A stretch of DNA of 41,334 nucleotides from Dehalococcoidia bacterium. Its GTDB lineage: Bacteria; Chloroflexota; Dehalococcoidia; Lucifugimonadales; UBA3495. Under the pieces are notes generated by a model, which was given only the letters and a program-made list of their open reading frames with translations, was not told the DNA's origin and ran no database searches. The position numbers and the translations under genes are program-made. Position 1 is the stretch's first letter. Every line of letters begins with the position of its first letter. The stretch is taken from positions 1 to 41,334 of the forward strand of contig JAJDXU010000005.1 in the NCBI GenBank assembly GCA_022823105.1. The letters run 5' to 3'. Of the stretch, positions 30,484 to 39,814 are shown piece after piece.

Positions 30484-31239
30484 ATGACCAGTGTCCGAAC
30501 CGCCACCGCGCGCAGGGATCGCACCGCGAACCTGCCCCGCGCCCGCCTCGTGGAGCGCGTCGACTACACGGATGACTTGATGGTCATCAAGATGGAACCG
30601 CAGGGGTTCGAGTTCAACTTCAAGCCGGGGCAATACTGCACCCTCGGCCTGGACGGGATCGAGCGCGCCTACTCCATCGCGTCGGCTCCACACGAACCCT
30701 TCCTGGAAATCTTCGTCGAACTGGTTCCCGACGGCGAACTCACTCCCAGGATGTGGCAAATGGACATCGGCGACACCATGTCGATCCGTCCGCGGGCCAA
30801 GGGCATCTTCCTGATGGACCGCACCGCGACGCAGCACCTGATGCTAGGCACCGTGACCGGGGTGGCGCCCTTCGTCAGTATCGTGCGAGATTTCATCCAT
30901 CGCGGACATACCGGGCACCATTTCTACCTGCTGGAAGGGGCATCCTACCTGGACGAGCTGGTTTACGACACGGAACTGGCCAGCACGGCGGCACAGCACT
31001 CCGAGACCCTCACGTTCGTCCCGGCAATCAGCCGCCCCACGGAGGAGCGCAACGCGGCCTGGACCGGAGCCACCGGGCGGCTGAACAACATCGTGGCCGA
31101 TTATGTGAAGAAATTCGACCTCAACCAGGACGACACGCTCATCTACGCCTGCGGACATCCCGGCATGATTGAGTCCAGCCGTGAGATCGTTACCGCGACC
31201 GGCTGGCGCTGGACCGAAGAGCGGTTCTGGAAAGAATAA
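30484..31239 (+). CDS. Fpr-type ferredoxin/flavodoxin-NADP(+) reductase-like flavoprotein
   Basis: 251 aa with the RAYSIAS FAD-binding motif and LGTVTGVAPF NAD(P)-binding motif. Its size and layout match bacterial Fpr. Confidence 0.8.
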   Translation: MTSVRTATARRDRTANLPRARLVERVDYTDDLMVIKMEPQGFEFNFKPGQYCTLGLDGIERAYSIASAPHEPFLEIFVELVPDGELTPRMWQMDIGDTMSIRPRAKGIFLMDRTATQHLMLGTVTGVAPFVSIVRDFIHRGHTGHHFYLLEGASYLDELVYDTELASTAAQHSETLTFVPAISRPTEERNAAWTGATGRLNNIVADYVKKFDLNQDDTLIYACGHPGMIESSREIVTATGWRWTEERFWKE

Positions 31240-31266
31240 GCGGCCGAACGTACCAGCAGGACCCGA

Positions 31267-31301
31267 CGGGGGCGGATGGCAGTTCGCCCCCGTGTTTTTT
31301 T
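31267..31301 (+). terminator. rho-independent terminator after the FNR-like gene
   Basis: CGGGGGCG (31267..31274) pairs with CGCCCCCG (31285..31292) around a 10-nt loop, followed by TGTTTTTTT. Confidence 0.85.
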
Positions 31302-31361
31302 GTGTCCTCCCACAACAGGCTTCTACAAACAGGGTTAGTTGGGGTAATGTAAAATCGCGGC

Positions 31362-33980
31362 ATGGTTACCACCAGCGCCCGGCTCACGCCCGTCCGGCGG
31401 CAGTACCTGACCATCAAGCACTCGTACCCGGACGCCATCCTCCTGTTCAGGATGGGCGACTTTTACTAGTGCTTCGACGACGATGCCAAAACGCTGTCCG
31501 AGGCCCTGGAGGTCGCGTTGACCTCGCGTTCCATGGGCAAGGACACCCGCATCCCGATGGCCGGCGTACCTGCGGTTTCGCTGGAAACCAACCTGTCCCG
31601 ACTGATCCGCCAGGGTTACAAGGTGGCCATTTGCGAGCAGCTCAGCGACCCGGCCCTGTCCAGGGGCCTCGTCGAACGTGGGGTGGTGCGCGTGGTGACG
31701 CCCGGAACGGTGCTGGAATCCGCGTTGCTCGACCAGGGGGCCAACAACTATCTCGCCGCCGTTTGCTCCGCCGATGACCGGGCGGGATTGGCCTACGTGG
31801 ACGTGACCACCGGGGAATTCTCAGTGGCGGAAATCCCGCTGGGCGAACTGCCACTGGAACTGGCGCGGCTGGAAGCGTCCGAAATCCTGATCCCGCCCGA
31901 CTTTGAGCTGCCCGCTCTGCCCGCCGCCGATGGGCCCGCGGCCGTTATCACGGCTCTCGACGCCTCCGCCTTCAACCCGGAGATCGCGCGCCGTTCCCTG
32001 CTGGACCACTACGGCGTGCTGTCGCTGGAGGCGTACGGGCTGGAGTCGCGCGGCGTGGAATCGATGCCCATGGCGGTGCGGGCCGCCGGCGCCATCGTTG
32101 ACTACCTCAATTATACCTGGCAGGGAGAGCGGCCGCGCCTCGCGCCGCCCCGCGTGTTGGAGAGCGACGCGTACATGACGCTGGATCCCCAGACCCGCCG
32201 CAACCTCGAGTTGTTCGAGGCCGGTCGCCGGGACTCCCGCGATTATTCCCTGCTGGCGGCGCTGGACGACACCAGAACCGCCATGGGCGCCCGCCTGCTG
32301 CGGAGATGGCTGGGTCGGCCGCTGCTGGACCTGGAGAGGCTGGAGCGCAGGCTTGATGCGGTGGACTTTTTCTACAACAACGCCTTCCGGCGTGACGACG
32401 CGACCGCCGCGCTGTCGGACGTTGCGGACCTGGAACGCATCCTGACGCGCATCCAGACCCAGAACGCTCCGCCCCGCGATCTGCTGGCGTTGCGGCAGAG
32501 CCTGCGGGCGGCCGAACGCCTGGAGCCCGCGTTGACCGGCGAAGGGGCGGACGGCATGGGCTGGCTGGCTGCTGGCCTGCGGCCGCTGCCGGAAGTGGCG
32601 AACCTGGTCGACGCTGCAATCGCGGACGAACCGTCAACCCAGCCCGGCGACGGAGGGGTCATCAGGGAAGGATTCTCCCCCGAACTCGACCGCATCCGCT
32701 CCATGTCGCGGGACGCCCGGGGATTCATCGCCAGCCTGGAGTCCCAGGAGCGCGAACGCACCGGCATCCGCAACCTCAAAGTGGGGTTCAACCAGGTGTT
32801 CGGTTACTACATCGAGGTCAGCCGCTCCAACCTGGAACTGGTGCCCGACGATTACCAGCGCCGGCAGACCCTGACCAACGGGGAACGTTACATCACGCCC
32901 GAACTGAAAGAATACGAGGGTCAGGTGCTGGACGCTCGGGAACGGCTGGAACAGCTCGAACGTACGCTGTACCGGCAAGTGTGCCAGCAGATCGCCGACC
33001 ATGCCGACGGCATTTCGAGGATGGCGGCGGCCATCGCCAGGGTCGATGTGTTTGCAGGGCTGGCCAATATCGCGGCGCGGCATGGATACGTGCGGCCCGA
33101 GTTGAGCGGCGGCAGCGCCATCAGCATCGTGGGGGGCCGCCATCCGGTGGTGGAACGCGTCCTCGGGGCCGGCGAATTCGTGCCCAACGACGCCGCGCTG
33201 GATGCCGATGATGCCCAGATCATGCTGATCACCGGGCCCAACATGGCGGGGAAATCCACCTATATCCGGCAGGTCGCCATCATCGTCCTGATGGCGCAGG
33301 TGGGCAGCTTTGTCCCCGCGACTTCGGCCTCCATCGGCCTGGTGGACCGGATTTTCACGCGGGTGGGGTTGCAGGACGACCTGGCCACCGGGCAATCCAC
33401 CTTCATGGTTGAAATGGTGGAAACCGCCGCCATCCTGAACCAGGCCACCTGGCGTTCGCTGGTCATCCTGGACGAGATCGGGCGCGGCACCAGCACCTAC
33501 GACGGATTGTCCATCGCCCGCGCCGTGGTTGAGCATCTGCACAACAACCCCAAAGTCAGCAGCAAGACCCTGTTCGCCACCCATTACCATGAACTGACCG
33601 ACCTGGCCGCGACGCTGCCGGGCGTGCGGAACTACCGGGTGGCGGTGTCGGAGGAGGATGGGCGCGTCGCATTCCTGCACCGAATCGTGCCCGGCGGAGC
33701 CGACCGGTCCTACGGCGTGCACGTGGCGATGCTGGCCGGCATGCCGACTTCGGTGGTGAACCGGGCGCAGGAATTGTTGACCGAGCTGGAGCGGGATAAA
33801 CCGGCCGGGCGGGCCCAGCGGCGTGGCAAAACCCCACCCCCTCAGCTCGCCCTCCCGCTTTTCGACCGGGACGAGGCGGAACTCGCCCGTGCCATCCTCG
33901 AGCTGGATATTGGAAACCTCACGCCGCTGGAGGCGATCAACAAGCTGTACGAGTTGCAGGAGCAGGCTCGCAAGACGTGA
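31362..33980 (+). pseudogene. mutS: DNA mismatch repair protein MutS interrupted by an in-frame TAG at codon 36
   Basis: ATG 31362 gives [38 protein letters not shown](31467..31469)-CFDDDAKTLSEALEVALTSRSMGKD..., in the same frame as the 820-aa track ORF 31518..33980 (Walker A GPNMAGKST). TAG terminates rpsD and rplV in this window. Confidence 0.85.
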
Positions 33981-34205
33981 TTCGGCGGGAGATTCTCATA
34001 ATTTACAGAAAATTTACTTCCGCCCCGCGAGCATGGCATGGCCATGGGTATAGAATGTCAGAGTCCGATCATTATTTTTCGTGGATTGGGTTTACCGCTT
34101 GCATCACGGTGATGGGCATAAAGGACGTATCGAAATTTCCGTATATACTGTGCATCCGGTTGGGAAACGGAAAAATCGCATTTCACCAGGCGTGGAGATG
34201 ATGAA

Positions 34206-34568
34206 ATGACTGATTCGGCGACGATCTATTGGTGGCCGCGTTGAAGTAGCTGTCGCAAAGTGCGGGAGTTGCTCGTGCAGAACGGACTGACGGTGACTGA
34301 ACGGGACTATTTCAAAGAACCGTTTACCGAGCGGGAGCTCAGCGATCTGGTCGCCGAAGTGGGAAAGCCCGGTGTGAGCGCCATGTTCGCGAGCCGGAGC
34401 CCATCGCTGAAGAAGATGGGCCTGACCGCCGCCGAACTATCCGATGAGCGCAAATTCTCTCTCATGCTGGAGGAACCCAGGCTGGTGCGCCGGCCGCTGG
34501 TGCGCCTGGGCGACCGGCTCCTGATCGGAGCCAGCGTCAAGGCCATCACCGAGGCCATTTCCGGGTAA
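34206..34568 (+). CDS. ArsC/Spx/YffB-family protein with in-frame TGA at the first Cys of CxxC (candidate selenoprotein, U-S-S-C)
   Basis: ATG 34206, with GGAG at 34194..34197. The frame reads MTDSATIYWWPR-TGA(34242..34244)-SSCRKVRELLVQNGLTVTERDYFKEPF..., continuous with track ORF 34260..34568 (...EPRLVRRPLV...). The gene terminates with TAA. Confidence 0.7.
34250..34280 (+). promoter_or_regulatory. candidate bacterial SECIS hairpin
   Basis: The lower stem pairs CUGU (34250..34253) with GCAG (34277..34280). The upper stem pairs GCAA (34255..34258) with UUGC (34269..34272). The apical loop AGUGCGGGAG (34259..34268) has GGG about 20-22 nt after the UGA. Confidence 0.4.
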
Positions 34569-34610
34569 GCAAAACGCATCTGCGACGGACCACTAACGCG
34601 ACGACCTGCC

Positions 34611-35048
34611 ATGAAAATCTTTTTTGATGTGGACTACACCATCCTGGGGCTGGACGACACCCTGCGTCCCGGAACAATAGACACCTTCCAAAAGTTGCTG
34701 GACGACGGCCACGAAATCTACATCTGGTCAGGGATGGGCGAACGATGGGAGGTCATCGAGAAGCACGAACTGCACCGGTTCGTGAGCGGCGTCTACGAGA
34801 AGCCCACCCACCACTACCACGAGCGCCTGGAAGAACTGAAAATTCCCATTGAGCCGGAGTTCGTGATTGACGACTATCCGGAAATCGTCGCAGCGTTCGG
34901 CGGCGTCTGGGTGCCCCCGTACTTTTTCTCGCGCAGCGTTGACCACGAGATGGAGAGGATTTACCGCATCATCTGCGATTTTACGGAAACAGGCGATTCC
35001 GAGGACCGGCAGTACCGGGCCAAGGGCACCAAGATCCCACTGTTCTAG
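34611..35048 (+). CDS. small HAD-like hydrolase (capless)
   Basis: 145 aa starting MKIFFDVDYTILG (DxDxT motif I), with IYIWSG and FVIDDYPE. Function unknown. Confidence 0.6.
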   Translation: MKIFFDVDYTILGLDDTLRPGTIDTFQKLLDDGHEIYIWSGMGERWEVIEKHELHRFVSGVYEKPTHHYHERLEELKIPIEPEFVIDDYPEIVAAFGGVWVPPYFFSRSVDHEMERIYRIICDFTETGDSEDRQYRAKGTKIPLF

Positions 35049-35138
35049 TTTGCGGCGCCGTCCCTGCCATCCCAGCGCCCTGGTGAATGCAACCAGGGCG
35101 CTCATGCGGTTAAAATAAGGGACGAGGTTTCTCCGGTT

Positions 35139-36884
35139 ATGCCGATTCGCCAACTCCCCCCGAACGTGGCCGCGCAGATCGCCGCCGGCGAGGTGGTGGA
35201 GCGGCCGGCCTCCGTGGCCAAGGAACTGCTGGAAAACGCGCTCGACGCCGGGGCAACTCGCGTCTCCGTGTCGGTAAGCGGCGGAGGCGTATCCGAGATC
35301 CGGGTGTCCGACGACGGTTCCGGTATCCCCGCCGACGAACTCGCGCTGGCGTTCCGCCGCCATGCCACCAGCAAGCTGGCGACCGCCTCAGATCTGGAGA
35401 CCGTGGGCACGCTGGGGTTCCGCGGCGAAGCACTCCCCAGCATCGCCGCGGTGGCGAGAGTCACGTGCACGACTCGCCCCGCAGATGCGGACACCGGCGC
35501 CCGGATCGACCTCCGGTACGGCAATCTGGTGGCCGAAGAGCCGGTCGGATGCCCGGTTGGAACGACGGTGCAGGTGGTCGAACTGTTCGGCAACGTGCCG
35601 GCCCGTCGACGGTTCCTGCGATCGCCGGCTGCGGAGACCGCGCGCATCCAGGAGGTGGTGACCCGCTACGCGCTCGCCTGCCCGGATGTCCGGTTCACGC
35701 TGACTGCGGATGGCCGGGAGCAGGTGAACACGACGGGCAACGGCAGCCTGCAGGATGTGATCCTCTCCCTGTATGGGAGGGACACGGCTTCCCGGATGCT
35801 GCCGGTCTCGGCCAACGAGGGCGAGATGGCGGTCTCCGGGTACACCGGCGCTCCCGATCTCAACCGGCACAACCGGTCGTACATCACCCTGCTGGTGAAC
35901 CGGCGCTGGGTGTACCACCGTTCGATCATGTACGCCATCGAGCAGGCCTACCGGGGTACGCTGCCCGACCGCCGCTATCCGCTGGCCGTGATCAACCTGG
36001 TTCTGCCGCCGGCTGATGTTGACGTCAACTCCCATCCCACCAAGCGCGAAGTCCGGTTCCGCAACGAGAACCGGATCTTCTCGGCGGTGCAACGGGCGGT
36101 GAGCGACGCGCTGGTGGCCCACGCTCCCGTGCGCCAGGTGTCCCGTTCATTCGCAGTAACCGGGGAAACATACTCGGAGACTCATAGATCGTCCGGTTAT
36201 CCGTCGGCGCAGCCCTGGGCCGGGCGATCCCAGTCGCCGCCGTCGGACACCCTCGCCCTGCCGACCACCGGGTTGGCTCCAACGGGCGGCTCGCTGCGGG
36301 ACGTGCTGACCGGCCTGCGGGTAGTCGGGCAGATTCGTCAGACGTATATCGTGGCGGAAGGAGACCAGGGAATGTACCTGGTGGACCAGCACGCGGCCCA
36401 CGAGCGGGTTGTGTACGACCGGATCCGTTCGGGCAGCGAACGTCGGGAGACCGTCGCCCAACCCCTGCTGGCCCCAACTCCCGTGGAGCTGAACCTGGCC
36501 CGGACTGCGACGCTGCAGGATTATGCGGAAATGCTGGCGGAGTACGGCTTCCAACTGGAACCGTTCGGCGGGGATGCGTGGCTGGTGCGGGCGGTGCCGG
36601 CGGCGTTGACGGCGCGAAACAACCCGGATCCGGCGGCGGCCCTGGTCAACCTGCTGGACGCGGTATCAGTGGAGCAGGTGGTGATGGAACGGGAGGACGC
36701 GTTGGCTGCCACCATCGCGTGCCATGGCGCGGTGCGGGCCGGAGACCGTCTCAGCACGGACGAAATGGATGCCCTGCTGCGCCAACTGGAATCCACGGAG
36801 AACCCGCACAACTGCCCGCACGGCCGGCCGACGGTGATCCACTTCACCGAATACCAACTGGAGCGGGAATTCGGACGGCGCTAA
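35139..36884 (+). CDS. mutL: DNA mismatch repair protein MutL
   Basis: 581 aa starting MPIRQLPPNVAAQIAAGEVVERPASVAKELLENALDAGA (GHKL ATPase), with GFRGEALPSI. The C-terminal domain is apparently intact. Confidence 0.95.
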   Translation: MPIRQLPPNVAAQIAAGEVVERPASVAKELLENALDAGATRVSVSVSGGGVSEIRVSDDGSGIPADELALAFRRHATSKLATASDLETVGTLGFRGEALPSIAAVARVTCTTRPADADTGARIDLRYGNLVAEEPVGCPVGTTVQVVELFGNVPARRRFLRSPAAETARIQEVVTRYALACPDVRFTLTADGREQVNTTGNGSLQDVILSLYGRDTASRMLPVSANEGEMAVSGYTGAPDLNRHNRSYITLLVNRRWVYHRSIMYAIEQAYRGTLPDRRYPLAVINLVLPPADVDVNSHPTKREVRFRNENRIFSAVQRAVSDALVAHAPVRQVSRSFAVTGETYSETHRSSGYPSAQPWAGRSQSPPSDTLALPTTGLAPTGGSLRDVLTGLRVVGQIRQTYIVAEGDQGMYLVDQHAAHERVVYDRIRSGSERRETVAQPLLAPTPVELNLARTATLQDYAEMLAEYGFQLEPFGGDAWLVRAVPAALTARNNPDPAAALVNLLDAVSVEQVVMEREDALAATIACHGAVRAGDRLSTDEMDALLRQLESTENPHNCPHGRPTVIHFTEYQLEREFGRR

Positions 36885-36957
36885 TCTGTGTCGGTAATCC
36901 GCCCACAGAAAAAGGGCAACCGGACGGCTGCCCCTCGTTGTTGCGATGTGAGAGAAA

Positions 36958-37233
36958 CTAACGACGCGGGTCGGTTCGTGGGTCCTGCGCCGGGTGGAAG
37001 ATCGAATCCGGCCCGGGGAACTCGTTGGCTGCTTCGGCGGACTGATTGCGCCGGCCGAGTGGCGTCAGAGCGGCCAGCGCCGCAGCGCCGGCGACACCGA
37101 TCCCGAGCACGCCCAGGAAGCGGCGGCGCGAGGTTCCTTGGTGAATACTCTCGATCTCTTTCGGCACGATTCGGCGTCTCCAATTGCGGTACTGTGGCGC
37201 GAAAATCGTACCAACCGGCCCGGTGCTTGTCAA
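36958..37233 (-). CDS. hypothetical small protein with a twin-arginine (Tat) signal
   Basis: 91-aa ORF containing TSRRRFLGVLGIGVAGAAALAA, followed by only about 40 residues. A GTG at 37167 preceded by GGAGA is a plausible alternative start. It may be a gene remnant. Confidence 0.35.
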   Translation of the reverse strand: MTSTGPVGTIFAPQYRNWRRRIVPKEIESIHQGTSRRRFLGVLGIGVAGAAALAALTPLGRRNQSAEAANEFPGPDSIFHPAQDPRTDPRR

Positions 37234-37363
37234 TGAAAACGGCCATCATCATCGACGCGCACGGGGTTAGGGCCACGTGCTCCGCCGCCGGAGGCGGACA
37301 GGTTCTGCGCGATGATTATTGGGCGGATTGACGGCGACGCTCGTTCTTTCACGCACCGCACCG

Positions 37364-37392
37364 TTGAACGTTGGGGCAGGCTTGAGTAGGAT
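37364..37392 (+). promoter_or_regulatory. candidate sigma70-type promoter of the HAD gene at 37436
   Basis: TTGAAC (37364..37369), 17 nt, then TAGGAT (37387..37392), about 45 nt upstream of ATG 37436. Confidence 0.4.
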
Positions 37393-37435
37393 ACCCCGCG
37401 CGATAACGGCCGAAACGGACGCGAGCGGAGTGGCA

Positions 37436-38143
37436 ATGCCGGCAAAGATGGATGGCGCGAGCCAGATCACGACGATCACCTTCGACATGGATGACACCCT
37501 GTGGGATTTCCAGTCGGCCATGGAGCATGCCCTGGCAATCACGCTGGAACGGCTGCGCCAGTTGGCGCCCGGAGACTCGGCACGGCAACTCACCGTAGAA
37601 AAGATGATGGAAATTCGAGATGCGGTTGCGGACGAGTTGGGCGAGGGCGCGGCCACGCAGGAGGAAATCCGGTACACCGCCATGGTCAGAACCGTGGAGC
37701 ACGTCGGATACCGTGCCCGGGGCGCGGCCGAGGAACTCTACCGGCTGTACTGGGAGGAGCGGATAGCCGGGGCACGGCCATTCGACGACGCGCCCGGCGT
37801 CCTGGAAGCGCTGAAAAGCCGGTTCCGGCTGGGCATCATCTCCAACGGAAACAACACGCCCCAGATGGTCGGTTTGGACGACGTGTTCGACTTCATCGTG
37901 TTCGCCCATGAGTGCGGCGTCCCCAAGCCGGACCCGCGCATCTTCGAGTTCGCGCTGGCCGGACCCGGAGTTGAACCGGCCAACGTGGCCCACGTGGGCG
38001 ACAACCTGCGCAGCGATGTGATCGGCGCGAACAACTCCGGGATACGCAGCGTGTGGCTGAATCGGGACGGGGCGGCCAACGATACGGGTATCGCGCCGGA
38101 CCTGGAGATTCGCAGCCTCACTGAGCTGCTGGACATCCTGTGA
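37436..38143 (+). CDS. HAD-superfamily hydrolase, subfamily IA
   Basis: Track ORF trimmed to ATG 37436, with GGAG at 37427..37430. It has ITFDMDDTLWDF (DxDxT), GIISNG, PKPDPRIF and HVGDNLRSDV. Confidence 0.8.
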   Translation: MPAKMDGASQITTITFDMDDTLWDFQSAMEHALAITLERLRQLAPGDSARQLTVEKMMEIRDAVADELGEGAATQEEIRYTAMVRTVEHVGYRARGAAEELYRLYWEERIAGARPFDDAPGVLEALKSRFRLGIISNGNNTPQMVGLDDVFDFIVFAHECGVPKPDPRIFEFALAGPGVEPANVAHVGDNLRSDVIGANNSGIRSVWLNRDGAANDTGIAPDLEIRSLTELLDIL

Positions 38144-38205
38144 GGACGATCAACGCGGGGCGTCTGCTATGATGTTCGCCATTTGAAACCAAGGAGTTTG
38201 TTCCC

Positions 38206-38991
38206 ATGCAGGAGAACAAAGTCAGAAAGGCGCTGACCGAAAATCGGCTGGCCCTGGGAACCTACGTTACTTTCGCCGACCCGCAGGTGGTGGAGATCAT
38301 CGGGCTGGCCGGGTTCGACGCCGCGTTCATCGACATGGAGCACACCACGTTCGACCTGGGCCTGGTGTCGCAGATGATCATGGCTGCCGACCTGGTGGGC
38401 GTCACGTCCATGATTCGCATTCCCGGCAACGACGAGAACCTGATCCTGCGGCTCCTGGACGCCGGCGCCCAGGGCATCATCATCCCGCACATCGACGGGC
38501 TGGAGGGAGCCAAACGGGCGGTGGACGCCGTGCGGTACGCGCCGATGGGCCATCGCGGCGGCGCCGGCGGGACGCGGGCCGCCCGATTCGGCACCATCAA
38601 CTGGGACGATCACACGCGCACGTCCAACGAGAACATCATTCTGTCGGTGATGACCGAGGACGAGAAGGGCATCAGCGAAATCGGGCAGATCGCGCATCTG
38701 CCGGGAATCGACCTGGTGTCCATCGGGCCGACGGACTTCTCCGAGTACATGGGCATCCGCGACCCGCAGAGCCCCGTGATCCGGGCGCGGTTGGAGGAAC
38801 TGGCGGCGGAGGTGAAGGCGGCCGGCGGCGCCAAACTGTCCATGCCCATGAACCACCCGGCGTTCCCGCTGACGGCCAAAGAGTTGCAGGACATGGGCGT
38901 TGGGTACACCCACGTCGCCCCGCCGCCCACCTCGCTGCTGCTCCGGTCGCTGCGGGATCGCATCGCGGACATCAAGGCCGAGATCGGCTAG
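38206..38991 (+). CDS. HpcH/HpaI-family aldolase (2-keto-3-deoxy-acid aldolase-like)
   Basis: 261 aa with LGTYVTFADPQVVEIIGLAGFDAAFIDMEH, RIPGND, LDAGAQGIIIPHIDG and RYAPMGHRG. Confidence 0.8.
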   Translation: MQENKVRKALTENRLALGTYVTFADPQVVEIIGLAGFDAAFIDMEHTTFDLGLVSQMIMAADLVGVTSMIRIPGNDENLILRLLDAGAQGIIIPHIDGLEGAKRAVDAVRYAPMGHRGGAGGTRAARFGTINWDDHTRTSNENIILSVMTEDEKGISEIGQIAHLPGIDLVSIGPTDFSEYMGIRDPQSPVIRARLEELAAEVKAAGGAKLSMPMNHPAFPLTAKELQDMGVGYTHVAPPPTSLLLRSLRDRIADIKAEIG

Positions 38992-39021
38992 TTCCGGGCG
39001 TTGTCGGTTGTTATCCCCGGG

Positions 39022-39738
39022 ATGCGCAGGGTCGTGCGGGTTCGCCTATGGACGCCCACGCTGGCCCTTGCGGTTCTGCTTATGATGGCCGCAGGTATGA
39101 TGGCGTGCACGAAAACGCCCCCCGGCGTTACGAATCCGCCGACCGGACCGGCTGCAGCAGCGGCAGCAACCCAATCCCCACCAACTGCCACCGTGCGGCC
39201 AACATCGACCCTGGCGCCTCCCACAAGCGCTCCCACGGCCACCATCTCCGCCGCCTCTCCTCCCGTTGCAACGCCAACGCCTGCTCCCAGCGCCACGCCG
39301 GAACCCACCCGCGCACCGACTCCAACGCCGCTGCCGGACGGGCCGCTGGTTCACATCGGCGACACCGTGTACGTGGTGGATCTGGCGGTCACGCCGGAAG
39401 AGCGGGTCCAGGGACTATCGGGCCGTCCGTCGATGGACGCGGAGCGCGGGATGCTGTTCGTGTACGATGAGGACGGGCCGCGTACGTTCTGGATGCCGGA
39501 CATGCACTTCCCACTGGACATGGTGTGGATCCGGGCGGACTGCACCGTGGCGGGCGTAACGGCGGACGTGCCGAACCCGCCGCTGGACACGCCGCGTGAT
39601 CAACTGGAACTCTACCCGTCGGCCGGCATGGTCCGCTTCATACTGGAACTGAACGCGGGGCAGGCGGCGACCGAAGGGATTGAAGTTGGCGACGGGGTGG
39701 AGTTCGGCGGCGAAATCTCCGGGAAATGGGGCTGCTGA
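39022..39738 (+). CDS. DUF192-domain protein with signal/lipoprotein-like N-terminus and Pro/Thr/Ala-rich linker
   Basis: Starts MRRVVRVRLWTPTLALAVLLMMAAGMMAC, followed by a PT-rich linker. The C-terminal domain has GLSGRPSMDAERGMLFVYDEDGPRTFWMPDMHFPLDMVWI. A TTG at 39001 is an alternative start. Confidence 0.7.
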   Translation: MRRVVRVRLWTPTLALAVLLMMAAGMMACTKTPPGVTNPPTGPAAAAAATQSPPTATVRPTSTLAPPTSAPTATISAASPPVATPTPAPSATPEPTRAPTPTPLPDGPLVHIGDTVYVVDLAVTPEERVQGLSGRPSMDAERGMLFVYDEDGPRTFWMPDMHFPLDMVWIRADCTVAGVTADVPNPPLDTPRDQLELYPSAGMVRFILELNAGQAATEGIEVGDGVEFGGEISGKWGC

Positions 39739-39814
39739 GTCGCCCGGAACGCGAGCAAGAAACAATCAAGACTTACGATCAATCAAAACTTACGACTTTA
39801 AGGAAGAATCATCA

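Noticed and set aside
31467-31469. TAG in mutS as pyrrolysine or a reassigned codon
   Set aside because: TAG terminates rpsD and rplV here. The position is a conserved catalytic Glu, one substitution away (GAG). No Pyl-associated gene context is present. A nonsense mutation or a sequencing error is more parsimonious.
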